Assembly: GCA_964035545.1 (NCBI GenBank)
Contig: OZ037767.1
Span: forward strand, 124,001 to 188,000
DNA: 64,000 nt
Direction: 5' to 3'
Source: Bugula neritina
Taxonomy: Eukaryota > Animalia > Bryozoa
A model generated the notes under the pieces. That model had not been told where the DNA came from and did no database searches. It saw nothing but the letters and a program-made list of their open reading frames with translations. The position numbers and the translations under genes are program-made. Position 1 is the first letter of the stretch. Each line of letters begins with the position of its first letter. Positions 41,921 to 64,000 of the stretch are shown piece after piece.

Positions 41921-42979
41921 ACCTGTGAAATACGACCTTTAGCTTCTCATGCCAAACTCAATATGACTTGTAAATTACTTAAAGGTAGCCAAACTAAAGC
42001 CAGTAAAACAATTTTTTTCTAAAAATCCCAGTTGACTCAAAGGAACTGCGTAGTTAGATGGGGTTTGGAATTTCCGAGTATGGCTGTTACAAAATAGCAA
42101 CATAATGTAATTGTGTTTTCAATTCAGTTTGACTTTTTACTTATTAGAAAAGTTTTACCAAGAAATGCTTCTCATCAGCTCATAATTCTCCTTAACGTAT
42201 ACTAAGGCTCACCTTTCACTGTATACATTGAGAGTATGCTCGTCACGGCCTGATTGGGTGGCAGGATTTAGAGCATATTTATGGTGATAGAAATTAAATT
42301 AAGGGCTGAAATAAAAATTGAAGTTTGTGACTAGAATTTTGATTAAAATATTTTTATACTCAACATCTTTCTAGGAGTGTGAACTTTACATACTCTGTAG
42401 CTGTAGCTTAACATGTTTATGTGTTACACAGTGTAGCTTTAGGTTAACATGTAGATGTGACAAAGTCTGTAGCTGTAAGCGTACAGCATAACAGACCAGG
42501 AGAGTAATAATCAATATAATTACAGTCAGCCACTCTGCAGTTTCCAGTATCAGTTTCCTTCAGCACTTGACATAACATACATCTTCTCTCTACATGTAAT
42601 ATACACAGAAGTAAAGGAAGTTGGATGTTTGACCTGAGAACATTCACATCAACCCACAGGGATAGAAGCTCTTTACTGAATACACATTATGAGCTCTTGA
42701 GTATATACAATGAAATGAATCCACCATGTTGAGGGTCCTACTCAGAATAGTTGAGGGTCCTACTCAGAATAGTCGAGGGTCTATTCAGAATAGTTGAGGG
42801 TCTTGTTGTTTCAGCAGCGGTGTAAACTTTGAGCCAGTAATGCTGTGCAAACTGAAAGATCAGGAAACTCTATGAATTGATTATTTAAATAAAGTTGGCT
42901 GTTTTCATATAAAACTTGTTGAAAATCTGAAGAGTTTACCATTAAAACTCTTTGCTTGAAACAATCAGGAGGAAAACAT

Positions 42980-43420
42980 AATACTCTGGTAGCAGTAATA
43001 CTCTGACAGCAGTGATACTCTGGTAGCAGTGATACTCTGGTAGCAGTAATACTCTGGTAGCAGTAATACTCTGGTAGCAGTAATACTCTGGTAGCAGTAA
43101 TACTCTGCTAGCAGTAATACTCTGGTAGCAGTGATACTCTGGTAGCAGTAATACTCTGGTAGCAGTAATACTCTGGTAGCAGTAATACTCTGGTAGCAGT
43201 AATACTCTGGTAGCAGTAATACTCTGGTAGCAGTAATACTCTGGTAGCAGTGATACTCTGGTAGCAGTGATACTCTGACAGCAGTGATACTCTGGTAGCA
43301 GTAATACCCTGGTAGCAGTAATACTCTGGTAGCAGTAATACTCTGGTAGCAGTGATACTCTGACAGCAGTAATACTCTGACAGCAGTAATACTCTGACAG
43401 CAGTAATACTCTGGTAGCAG
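42980..43420. repeat. 18-bp minisatellite (ATACTCTGGTAGCAGTAA-like) upstream of the DEG/ENaC gene
   Basis: Direct reading. Confidence 0.9.
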
Positions 43421-43445
43421 CAATAAAGCCAAATTGGGAAATAAT

Positions 43446-51369
<7,924 letters not shown>

Positions 51370-51752
51370 CAACTTATACTCACCCTAATATGTTTGACGG
51401 TGAAATTAGGAGTATTGAGTGTGAAGATTGTTGTGCTTGGGGTTGATATCACTTTCATATGCATATATTAGTGTCTGTTTTAGCACCATATCAACATAGA
51501 GTGTAATATTATATGATATGACAATATATTATATACATATGATATGACAGTATATTATATACATATGATATGACAGTATATTATATACATATGATATGAC
51601 AGTACATTATATACATATGATATGACAATATATTATATACATATGATATGATATACTGATAGTATATATGCTTCAAATTATATTTCTTTTTGTTGAACTA
51701 CACTACGGTATATGTGGTGGTTATTTATTAAATAAATCAAAATAGAATGCTA

Positions 51753-52360
51753 CTGTGTACTACATTGACTCTATAACTGTGTACTACATTGACTATATAA
51801 CTGTGTACTACATTGACTATATAACTGAGTACTACATTGACTATATAACTGTGTACTACATTGACTATATAACTGTGTACTACATTGATTATATAACTGT
51901 GTACTACATTGACTATATAACTGAGTACTACACTAACTATATAACTGAGTACTACATTGACTATATAACTGTGTACTACACTGACTATATAACTGTGTAC
52001 TACATTGACTATATAACTGTGTACTACATTGACTATATAACTGAGTACTACATTGACTATATAACTGAGTACTACATTGACTGTATAACTGAGTACTACA
52101 CTAACTTTATAACTGAGTACTACATTGACTATATAACTGAGTACTACACTAACTATATAACTGAGTACTACATTGACTATATAACTGTGTACTACATTGA
52201 CTATATAACTGTGTACTACATTGACTATATAACTGAGTACTACATTGACTATATAACTGAGTACTACATTGACTATATAACTGTGTACTACATTGACTAT
52301 ATAACTGTGTACTACATTGACTATATAACTGTGTACTACATTGACTCTATAACTGAGTAC
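51753..52360. repeat. 24-bp minisatellite (CTGTGTACTACATTGACTATATAA)n
   Basis: Direct reading. Confidence 0.95.
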
Positions 52361-54386
52361 TCCTACATAAAAAAAGCAGTGAGCACCATTTTCCCTTTAT
52401 TCTAAAAGTATTAATTATTATTACAGGTATAGTTATTATGACAAAATTGTATAACACACACATATACGGTATAACACACATAAATTGTATAACACACACA
52501 TATATGGTATAACACACATATATGGTATGTGACTAAAAGCAATTATTATGCTCCATGAATATTGTATTACAGCATATAAATATAATGTGTAAACTCACTA
52601 ATGTAATGTAACATATTTTGTGTGTACTGTAGTATATACTGTAGTATATACTGCAGTATGTACTGTAGTATATACTACAGTATATACTGTAGTATATACT
52701 GTAGTATATACTGTAGTATATACTGTAGTATGTACTGTGGTATACTGTAGTATATACTACAGTACGTACTACAGTATATACTACAGTATATACTGTAGTA
52801 TATACTGTAGTATATACTGCAGTACATACTGTAATATATACTGTAGTACATACTGCAGTATATACTACAGTATGTAGTACAGTATATACTGTAGTACATA
52901 CTGTAATATATACTGTAGTACATACTGTATAGTATATTCATAAGACAGCTGCTCTGTGTAATGCTGTACAGGTCTGTATGTCCACTCACATTCTGAAATA
53001 GATCAACTTTTTTCTAGTTCTTACGTAACATAAACTATATAAGTGTGAGTGGTGACTAGCTCACAGTCACATATAAGTGTGAGTGGTGACTAGCTCACAG
53101 TCACATAGTTTGGTCTGTTTTCCTGGAATTGGAGCATGGAAGTTATTTCTGACTGACTCCAGATGGTACTAGCTGCTGTGACCTCAAAGGTCAGATGGTA
53201 CTAGCTGCTGTGACCTCAAAGGTCAGGTGTTACTAGCTGCTGTGACCTCAAAGGTCAGGTGGTACTAGCTGCTGTGACCTCAAAGGTCAGGTGGTACTAG
53301 CTGCTGTGACCTCAAAGGTCAGGTGGTACTAGCTGCTGTGACCTCAAAGGTCAGGTGGTACTAGCTGCTGTGACCTCAAAGGTCAGGTGGTACTAGCTGC
53401 TGTGACCTCAAAGGTCAGATGGTACTAGCTGCCGTGACCTCAAAGGTCAGATAGTACTAGCTGCTGTGACCTCAAAGGTCAGGTGGTACTAGCTGCTGTG
53501 ACCTCAAAGGTCAGGTGGTACTAGCTGCTGTGACCTCAAAGGTCAGGTGGTACTAGCTGCTGTGACCTCAAAGGTCAGGTGGTACTAGCTGCTGTGACCT
53601 CAAAGGTCAGGTGTTACTAGCTGTTGTGACCTCAAAGGTCAGGTGGTACTAGCTGCTGTGACCTCAAAGGTCAGGTGGTACTAGCTGCTGTTACTCTAGG
53701 TCAAGGTTGCTCTGCTTCGTCGTCAACTGGCTGAACAACTAAAAATCAAAGCTTGTTTTAGCGCCAAACTTGAGTACAAAGAAATTCATATCAATTGTAT
53801 TAACATGTTCACATTGTTGAGCTAGCTAGATGACATCATCTGGAGTTATGTGCTCCTGTATACTTACTCAGAGCAGATGATAGTCTGGTTAATCGGCGCT
53901 CCAACTCTATAAGAGAAACAGACATCCTCATAAATCAAAAGCCTGTAAAAATCTTATACGCAAAGTTGTAAGTTCATGCTTTTCAAAGTAAATAGTATAA
54001 ACTCTTAAAATGAGATTTTACATAAAAAGAACAATTTCAGTAAAAAATAGATTGATATTAATATAGCAATGACCATATTATATAACTTATGGTATATTGT
54101 AATGGTTCAGAATGTGAAGTATAGTATAGTACGTTACATAACTTACAAATTTTCAATTAAGCCTGTTCCATAAACATATTGCATTATAGGAAGAACATTT
54201 ATCAAAATAAATTAACATATTATAATAAAAACTTAATGTTTTTATTATAATATGTTAATTCGTCTTTAGTTCCAAATGTTTTTTGTTACAGACTATTGAA
54301 CATAGAATTTGTTATACAACTTTAAAATGCATTTTTTAAAAGCACTGAAAACATTGCTGTTCTAGTAGTTAATAAACTGCATGTTG

Positions 54387-54743
54387 CTATAATTCATGAA
54401 TACCATTTAATTCAGAATGCCATGTTCTCCATATGTCATGCAATTTTTGAAGCTCTTTTTGAAGTTTAGGCAATTTACTGCGGAGTTCATGTAATTCTTT
54501 TCGGAGTTCAGGCAATTCACTGCGGAGTTCATGTAATTCTTTTCGGAGTTCAGGCAATTCACTGCGGAGTTCATGTAATTCTTTTCGGAGTTCAGGCAAT
54601 TCACTGCGGAGTTCATATAATTCTTTTTGGAGTTCAGGCAATTCACTGCGGAGTTCATGTAATTCTTTTCGGAGTTCAGGCAATTCACTGCGGAGTTCAT
54701 GTAATTCTTTTTGTAGTTCAGGCAATTCACCACTTCTTTTCAC
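54387..54743 (-). other. 42-bp repeat reading as coiled-coil heptads; probable terminal exon of an unidentified gene
   Basis: (ELRSELPELRKELH)x~6 after a TATTTTAG acceptor; diverged counterpart at ~756-886 has the same acceptor. Confidence 0.35.
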
Positions 54744-55640
54744 TAAAATAAGTACAATAATTATATAGAGCTTGCTTGAATTTGTTACTAGTTTAGTGTT
54801 GGTATAGTTTAGTTTTAGTAGTTTAGTGTTAGCAGTTTAGCATTGGTAGTTTAGTGTTACTATAGTTTAATGTTGGTAGTTTAGTTTTAGTAGTTTAGTG
54901 TTAGGCCCAATCAAGAAAGTTACACCTTACACCCACTTTGAATAATAGCGAATCATGAATATCATATTGAATCATATGAAAATATGACTTTGTGACGTAG
55001 CAAGGTTGTAGTATTACTAATGTATGATAATCCAAAGCAAAATCTTAAATCCTTAGACACCATATAGCACTATATAGACAGTAGATTCTACAGTTGGGGA
55101 AGCCCAGTGGAAAACTTTAGGTAGGTTATGCCTAGTCCTTGTCAAGTTGAAAAGGCCACACACAAAAGCAACATTTTCTATTGTTTACTTTAGAGAGTTT
55201 CTTATCACATCAGAATTGCGCAAATAGATTTCCTTTCTTTTTCTGGTGCCAAAAATAATTCTTTCCGGCTAATCAAATTACAAATATAACAGTGAACTTA
55301 ACAAATTTTGGATACCTTTTGGATAAATCATAATGTTCCAGAGGGTAACGGAAGTTTTCAATTTGTTCATATGTGCAATTTGGTAAATGAAGAAACCAAT
55401 TAACCCTTAATCAAAAATTAATCTAAAAGAAGGAGAAATGATGCAGAAGTGTATTATATGCAACAATTTTACAACTGAATAACTCTCAATCATCATAACA
55501 GAGCATATAAGAGATGCCATGCCTAATTGTTACTCATACTTACCTTCCACAGGTTTATGTTTGAATTCAAGTCTTAAATTGGGTCTAAAATTGAACAGAA
55601 CTACTTGTGAGTAGTTTTAGGTGAGCTCTGTGTGGTAACT

Positions 55641-58600
55641 ATATGCTGGGATATTATTATATGCTGAGATATTATTATATGCTGGGATATTATTGTATGC
55701 TGGGATATTATTGTATGCTGAGATATTATTATATGCTGGGATATTATTGTATGCTGGGATATTATTGTATGCTGGGATATTATTGTATGCTGGGATATTA
55801 TTATATGCTGGGATATTATTATATGCTGAGATATTATTATATGCTGGGATATTATTATATGCTGGGATATTATTGTATGCTGGGATATTATTATATGCTG
55901 GGATATTATTATATGCTGGGATATTATTATATGCTGGGATATTATTATATGCTGAGATATTATTATATGCTGGGATATTATTATATGCTGGGATATTATT
56001 ATATGCTGGGATATTATTGTATGCTGGGATATTATTATATGCTGGGATATTATTATATGCTGAGATATTATTATATGCTGGGATATTATTATATGCTGGG
56101 ATATTATTATATGTTGGGATATTATTATATGCTGGGATATTATTATATGTTGGGATATTATTATATGCTGGGATATTATTATATGCTGGGATATTATTGT
56201 ATGCTGGGATATTATTATATGCTGGGATATTATTATATGCTGAGATATTATTATATGCTGGGATATTATTATATGCTGGGATATTATTATATGCTGGGAT
56301 ATTATTATATGCTGAGATATTATTGTATGCTGGGATATTATTATATGCTGGGATATTATTATATGCTGGGATATTATTATATGCTGGGATATTATTATAT
56401 GCTGGGATATTATTATATGCTGGGATATTATTATATGCTGGGATATTATTATATGCTGGGATATTACTGTATGCTGGGATATTATTATATGCTGAGATAT
56501 TATTATATGCTGGGATATTATTATATGCTGGGATATTATTGTATGCTGGGATATTATTATATGCTGGGATATTATTGTATGCTGGGATATTATTATATGC
56601 TGGGATATTATTATATGCTGGGATATTATTGTATGCTGGGATATTATTATATGCTGGGATATTATTATATGCTGGGATATTATTATATGCTGGGATATTA
56701 TTATATGTTGGGATATTATTATATGCTGGGATATTATTATATGTTGGGATATTATTATATGCTGGGATATTATTATATGCTGGGATATTATTATATGCTG
56801 GGATATTATTGTATGCTGGGATATTATTATATGCTGGGATATTATTGTATGCTGGGATATTATTATATGCTGGGATATTATTATATGCTGAGATATTATT
56901 ATATGTTGGGATATTATTATATGCTGGGATATTATTATATGCTGGGATATTATTGTATGCTGGGATATTATTATATGCTGGGATATTATTATATGCTGGG
57001 ATATTATTATATGCTGGGATATTATTATATGCTGGGATATTATTATATGCTGGGATATTATTGTATGCTGGGATATTATTATATGCTGGGATATTATTGT
57101 ATGCTGGGATATTATTATATGCTGGGATATTATTATATGCTGGGATATTATTATATGCTGGGATATTATTATATGTTGGGATATTATTATATGCTGAGAT
57201 ATTATTGTATGCTGGGATATTATTATATGCTGGGATATTATTATATGCTGAGATATTATTATATGCTGGGATATTATTATATGCTGGGATATTATTATAT
57301 GCTGGGATATTATTATATGTTGGGATATTATTATATGCTGGGATATTACTGTATGCTGGGATATTATTATATGCTGAGATATTATTGTATGCTGGGATAT
57401 TATTATATGCTGGGATATTATTATATGCTGGGATATTATTATATGCTGGGATATTATTATATGCTGGGATATTATTATATGCTGAGATATTATTGTATGC
57501 TGGGATATTATTATATGCTGGGATATTATTATATGCTGGGATATTATTGTATGCTGGGATATTATTATATGCTGGGATATTATTATATGCTGGGATATTA
57601 TTATATGCTGGGATATTATTATATGCTGGGATATTATTGTATGCTGGGATATTATTATATGCTGGGATATTATTGTATGCTGGGATATTATTATATGCTG
57701 GGATATTATTATATGCTGGGATATTATTATATGCTGGGATATAATTATATGCTGGGATATTATTATATGCTGGGATATTATTGTATGCTGAGATATTATT
57801 ATATGCTGGGATATTATTATATGCTGGGATATTATTATATGCTGAGATATTATTATATGTTGGGATATTATTATATGCTGGGATATTATTATATGCTGGG
57901 ATATTATTATATGCTGGGATATTATTATATGCTGGGATATTATTATATGCTGGGATATTATTATATGCTGGGATATTATTGTATGCTGGGATATTATTAT
58001 ATGCTGGGATATTATTGTATGCTGGGATATTATTATATGCTGGGATATTATTATATGCTGGGATATTATTATATGCTGGGATATAATTATATGCTGGGAT
58101 ATTATTATATGCTGGGATATTATTGTATGCTGAGATATTATTATATGCTGGGATATTATTATATGCTGGGATATTATTATATGCTGAGATATTATTATAT
58201 GTTGGGATATTATTATATGCTGGGATATTATTATATGCTGGGATATTATTATATGTTGGGATATTATTATATGCTGGGATATTATTGTATGCTGAGATAT
58301 TATTGTATGCTGGGATATTATTATATGCTGAGATATTACTGTATGCTGGGATATTATTGTATGCTGGGATATTATTGTATGCTGGGATATTATTATATGC
58401 TGGGATATTATTGTATGCTGGGATATTATTATATGCTGAGATATTATTGTATGCTGGGATATTATTGTATGCTGGGATATTATTGTATGCTGGGATATTA
58501 TTATATGCTGGGATATTATTATATGCTGGGATATTATTATATGCTGGGATATTATTATATGTTGGGATATTATTATATGCTGGGATATTATTGTATGCTG

Positions 58601-58790
58601 AGATATTATTGTATGCTGGGATATTATTATATGCTGAGATATTACTGTATGCTGGGATATTATTATATGCTGGGATATTATTGTATGCTGGGATATTATT
58701 ATATGCTGGGATATTATTGTATGCTGGGATATTATTATATGCTGGGATATTATTATATGCTGGGATATTATTATATGCTGAGATATATAA
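55641..58790. repeat. 15-bp minisatellite (ATATGCTGGGATATT)n, ~3.1 kb
   Basis: Expanded counterpart of 3042-3630. Confidence 0.97.
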
Positions 58791-61700
58791 CTATATGTTC
58801 ATATTATGTTTATGTATATATATATATATAATATTATGTATATGTATATAATATTATGTATATATATATAATATTATATAGGCCTATATGTATTTAATAT
58901 TATGCATATATATATATATATATATATAATATTATATAGGCCTATATGTATATAATATTATGTATATATTATGTATATATTGTGTATACAAACAGAAAGT
59001 GCTAGAGAACCCACTTCCTGTCTACATACAAGTCTGTGAATTTAGAACTAAAACTTTCAAATGCAGAATATCTCAAAATTCAGAAACATGTGATTAGAGA
59101 CTTATTGCACTGTTTGCTTAGTTACAGGAAGTGTAGAATCATCTCCTCTTACAGTACGGAGTCATGCTGCAAATGATATTTCTATTTTACTGCATAGTCT
59201 GCATAATCTAACACGGGTACTAAAACTAAGTTGGCCTTCTTTGACATTAACAACATTCATGTTGAGCCACGGAACTGGAAGAATTCTAAATAGAGAGAAA
59301 ACTGTCAATAGAAAATTTATGTTAATATGATAACTACAGTTGAATTTCCTGTTAAACTGTTGTTTGCATAAAGCAAATCAATTTTGCAAAGCAGCCCCTA
59401 TACTTTCTGAATCTTATTAATATGCAAAAGTTTATAATGGAGTCATAGCAACTGCATAGCAACTACATAGCAACCACGAAACAACTACATAGCAACCGCA
59501 TAGCAACCACACCTGTACATGATTTGCTGGTTAGCTGGAGTCTTCAAGTCTGGGTAGTGCAAGTATCTTCTAAGATGTCTTCCATCGGATATGTAGTTTT
59601 GTGAAGGAATAATAATAAAAGATGATAACTCCTTAAACCTGCAAAATAATATTATGTTTTGTTAAAATGTAAATCTTCATTTTTGGAGATGACAGTTGTT
59701 TCAATAACATTCTTAGTATTGTATTTTATTGATTGCAGTCTAATTAGAATAGAATATGGTTAGCTAGTGTGAAAGTGAAAGACCATTATTATTACAGGAA
59801 TATTACATAAAAGCTAGCTATCAGTTATTGTAGTAATGAGCCAATTAAAACAACCTTACATCTCTGCTACATTTTACTTTGATTTGGTTAGCGCGTGTGT
59901 ACTAGTTTGCTATAATGTATAAGATAGTATAAAACACTTCCCTTTACCTCCCTGGGTGAGTCCAGCTGCTCATGAATCTTCTTTGTGGAGAGACTTCCTC
60001 TGCATTCCGACTGCCACAAACAATAAGTTAATGTGAATAAATAATACATAGCACTTAGTATACACTGGGCTGGTAACACAGCTATTCTGCCAGCCAAATA
60101 GAATATTATATTTCACACAATAGGTTGAAGTATACAGGCCCTCCTAGTCAGCGTTTATCACCACATGATAAGATAGTGATGAAAGACACCACCACTTTCG
60201 TACTTAGACCTGGCGGTACAGTAGTTTCATTATAACAAGCTGATACGTGGTAAGGGCTCATATATCCACTATATGGTAGTTCCTTGTCATATGTAGCTTG
60301 TAGTTATACAAGCTTGTGGTTATACATTGTGTGAATGGTGGAACAGCTTTTAACACATTATCATGAATTATTATCCAACTTGAAAAGTACTTGAAGTTTT
60401 ACACTATACCTACTTATTCAGCATACTAATAGTGTTACTTTGTTAGTATGTTAGTATGTTACTATATTACTATATTACTATATTACTATATTACTATATT
60501 ATATTACGTTATATTGTAAACTCACAATCTCTTAGCATACTCTTCCAACACAAAGCCATTACTTCCCCATTCATTACTAGCACAGCCACTCCTTCTGTAC
60601 TCTCCCGTACGAATCTCTTCTTTCTCAAATATGGCTGCAGCTGATCCATCATTTGGTACCCCTGTGCCATTTCTTTGCTCTTCAAGTTTTCAACATCATA
60701 TATTATAATTGTTACAATGGTTATATAATATCATATATTAATGTAGTTATTAAAAGCTTATACCAAATTTACTGTCTCAAGTGACAAGTCTTCTTTTGTT
60801 ATGTCTGAGAAATACTAGACTCATTCTTGTTTAACATTCCCCCTCTTTGTGAGAACCCCAGCCTCCACCCCTGTGAGAACCCCCAATTGCTCTGCTGCAG
60901 CTCAAACCTAGCAATACTATATATATATATATATATATATAGTATTGCACTATTATAAATGTTTTAAATAGAATATGTATACTACTATATTACCACATAG
61001 ATATAGATGAATATTACTATACGTAGTATAATACTATTATATAATATAACACTACTATATACAGTACAGATATGATGTTATATATAGAAGATATATTACT
61101 ATATAGAAAGAAGATATATTACCATATAGAAAGAAGATATATTACTATATTATAGAAAGAAGATATATTACTATATAGAAAGAAGATATATTACCATATA
61201 GAAAGAAGATATATTACTATATTATAGAAAGAAGATATATTACTATATAGAAAGAAGATATATTACTATATAGAAAGAAGATATATTACTATATAGAAAG
61301 AAGATATATTACTATATTATAGAAAGAAGATTATTACTATATAGAAAGAAGATATATTACTATATTATAGAAAGAAGATATATTACTAACCTGAGAGCTG
61401 AGTAGAAGAAAGCTTTAACCTCAGAAACTTCAAAAGTTTACTCTTAATTTTATACATCTTTCAGGTTCTACATGGACTAGCCGGACCAAACCTTAAAACT
61501 CTACACTCTAAACACTCTGTGATACGTAAGCAAATGATGGGCATTCAAATCCAGCTCAGAGAGATGCAGCAAATCATACAAAATATGGTTTTCTCAATCG
61601 AAAGCAAAAACGCCTCTCGAACTTTGTCCACAGTTAACGTCAACTGAAAGAGTCTCTATGAACTAACCTTATTGTCATTTGATTAGGCTAACAAAATGTA

Positions 61701-62391
61701 ATCAGCCGTTTCATAATATAGCAGTTTAATTTTCCAACTTCCTCAACGAATGCGTATATTATTAGTATATTATCAGTACATTATCAGTATATTTTCAGTA
61801 TATATGACTATGGTACCACTCTGTATTAAAGTGTACGTACTAACTTACTAATTTCTTATAACAAGTAGAACTCTGAAAAAGTACTGCATAGTGAAAGCTA
61901 GCAATTCTTTACAAAACACTTACATTGGGCTTCAGGGTCTTTAGTTAGAGTTATTCTCTTATGTTAATTTCAAAGTGAAAGACCAACGGAAAAGTATTCT
62001 TTCGTGAAACATGTTATTGTATTTGTTCATGTTGAAGCATATAAAAATAGGCAGCTTAGTAATAGTTATAACTTCTTTTATTATGGCAGTTATATTATTA
62101 GGATATAATATAGAAACATAATATTAATATATTAGCACAATGATACAATAACATAATAATATAATACTAACACACTGTATACATAATATATAATATAAAC
62201 AGTTGGGCGAGATTCCAAGTATGGCAAGTGATACATAAAACAGAATAGTCATATGACTTTATGTATATTTGTATTTAAATAAGCTAGTTAAGCTACCCTA
62301 GCCCAGCTACCCTAGCCCAGCTACCCTAGCCCAGCTGTTTCGGCTTGGATTTCCTAGCTAGGTTGTCCTAGCCAAAGAAGATGAGGATAGT

Positions 62392-63372
62392 CTAATACCG
62401 GACAAAGTCATTTCTGGGCTGAATGTGGATGAGAGTGGAATTAGAAACCCTCTTCTTCTGTCTAAACCGATGTAGACTCCGCACTATGCTGTTCACTCCG
62501 AACTGTATGAACTCGCAGATTGTAAGTAGACTGGCTCCAATACAAACTCCTAGAGTTCCTCCCAGACTCGCTGTTACAATACAATATAATACAATACAAT
62601 GCAGTACAATACACACTTCTAGAGTTCCACCCAGACTCGCTGTTACAATACAATATAATACAATACAATGCAGTACAATACACATTCCTAGAGTTCCACC
62701 CAGACTCGCTGTTACAATACAATATCTCGATGGTAAGGAATAATCAACAAATGATGTCTAACTAGATATCACTAAGACTCTTATTAATTCTCACCAATGA
62801 TGTCAAATACTCCGTAAGCGATCTCTTCTTCTAGGAAGTCATAGCTGAGAGAGTTGAAGTATATCCCGGCTGTCATCATGTTCTTCTCCATGTAACCTTG
62901 ATATGTGTCTGCAACTACAAGAGAGTGTGACTACTCAGTGTGACTACTCAGTGTGACTACTCAGTGTGACTACTCAGTGTGACTACTCAGTGTGACTACT
63001 CAGTGTGACTACTCAGTGTGACTACTCAGTGTGACTGCTCAGTGTGACTGCTCAGTGTGACTGCTTAGTGTGACTACTCAGTGTGACTACTTAGTATGAG
63101 TACTTAGTGTGACTACTCAGTGTGACTACTCAGTATGACTACTCAGTGTGACTACTCAGTATGAGTACTTAGTGTGACTACTTAGTGTGACTACTAAGTG
63201 TGACTACTCAGTGTGACTACTTAGTGTGACTTACTTCCATCTCCGTAGATATCTCGGACGTACATAGGATTGGGGTACTTAGTGATGGCCGCATTGGCCT
63301 TGTAGTTATACTCAGTGCACGTGCTGTTACACTGACACACATCTTCCAGGTATTCATAGAATTCAGTTAGAT
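62392..63372 (-). CDS. Second DEG/ENaC paralogue, last three exons; 5' part lies beyond the window
   Basis: Exons 63235-63372 (138 nt, same size as exon 9 of the plus-strand paralogue), 62795-62908 and 62392-62570; GGTLGVCIGASLLTICEFIQFG. Confidence 0.9.
62926..63230. repeat. 13-bp tandem repeat (GTGTGACTACTCA)n, intronic
   Basis: Direct reading. Confidence 0.95.
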
Positions 63373-63389
63373 CTACAACCATAATATGT

Positions 63390-64000
63390 TGTTACTATGT
63401 AATATAGTAGCGTATTACTATGTAATATAGTAGCGTATTACTACGTAATATAGTAGCGTATTACTACGTAATATAGTAGTGTATTACTATGTAATATATT
63501 AGCATATTACTATGTAATATAGTAGCGTATTACTATGTAATATAGTAGTGTATTACTATGTAATATAGTAGCATATTACTATGTAATATAGTAGCATATT
63601 ACTATGTAATATAGTAGTGTATTACTATGTAATATAGTAGCATATTACTATGTAATATAGTAGCGTATTACTATGTAATATAGTAGCGTATTACTATGTA
63701 ATATAGTAGCGTATTACTATGTAATATATTAGCGTATTACTATGTAATATATCAGTGTATTACTATGTAATATAGTAGCATATTACTATGTAATATAGTA
63801 GCGTATTACTACGTAATATAGTAGTGTATTACTATGTAATATAGTAGCGTATTACTACGTAATATATTAGCGTATTACTATGTAATATAGTAGTGTATTA
63901 CTATGTAATATAGTAGCGTATTACTATGTAATATAGTAGCGTATTACTACGTAATATAGTAGTGTATTACTATGTAATATAGTAGCGTATTACTACGTAA
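63390..64000. repeat. 24-bp minisatellite (TATTACTATGTAATATAGTAGCG-like), intronic
   Basis: Direct reading. Confidence 0.9.

Larger units (their letters stand above)
53161..61388. repeat. Segmental duplication copy B (partner of 1-6480)
   Basis: See copy A; begins with the 32-bp array (53161-53690) and ends in the 23-bp array. Confidence 0.9.

Noticed and set aside
55643-58851. 1062-aa and 683-aa ORFs (MLGYYY, YAGILL), and equivalents at 3002-3709
   Set aside because: Translations of a stop-free 15-bp satellite, open in several frames and on both strands

Overview
AT-rich invertebrate-animal genomic DNA full of micro- and minisatellites; most ORF-track entries are repeat artefacts. The centrepiece is a full-length 14,156-bp Polinton/Maverick (adintovirus-type endogenous virus) at 19168-33323. 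It has 448-bp TIRs, AGT..ACT ends, a 6-bp TSD (CACCTC) and a complete gene set: pPolB, PLA2-integrase-chromodomain fusion, packaging ATPase, major and minor capsid, adenain protease, pVI/pX-like core proteins and fibre-like proteins. It sits in intron 9 of an 11-exon SLC18B1-like MFS transporter gene. The element carries signals resembling those of cytoplasmic large DNA viruses: ATAAATG at 14 of 15 gene starts, AAAAATTGA ahead of the replication genes, and hairpins at transcription-unit ends. It also has 111-nt fold-back termini. Together these suggest a helper-dependent, virophage-like animal virus (inference). This copy has several inactivating lesions. The window also holds two DEG/ENaC channel paralogues, orphan 3' exons of a second MFS paralogue, a mosaic ~6.5-8 kb duplication, several non-autonomous DNA transposons, and many tandem repeats whose units copy real splice junctions.
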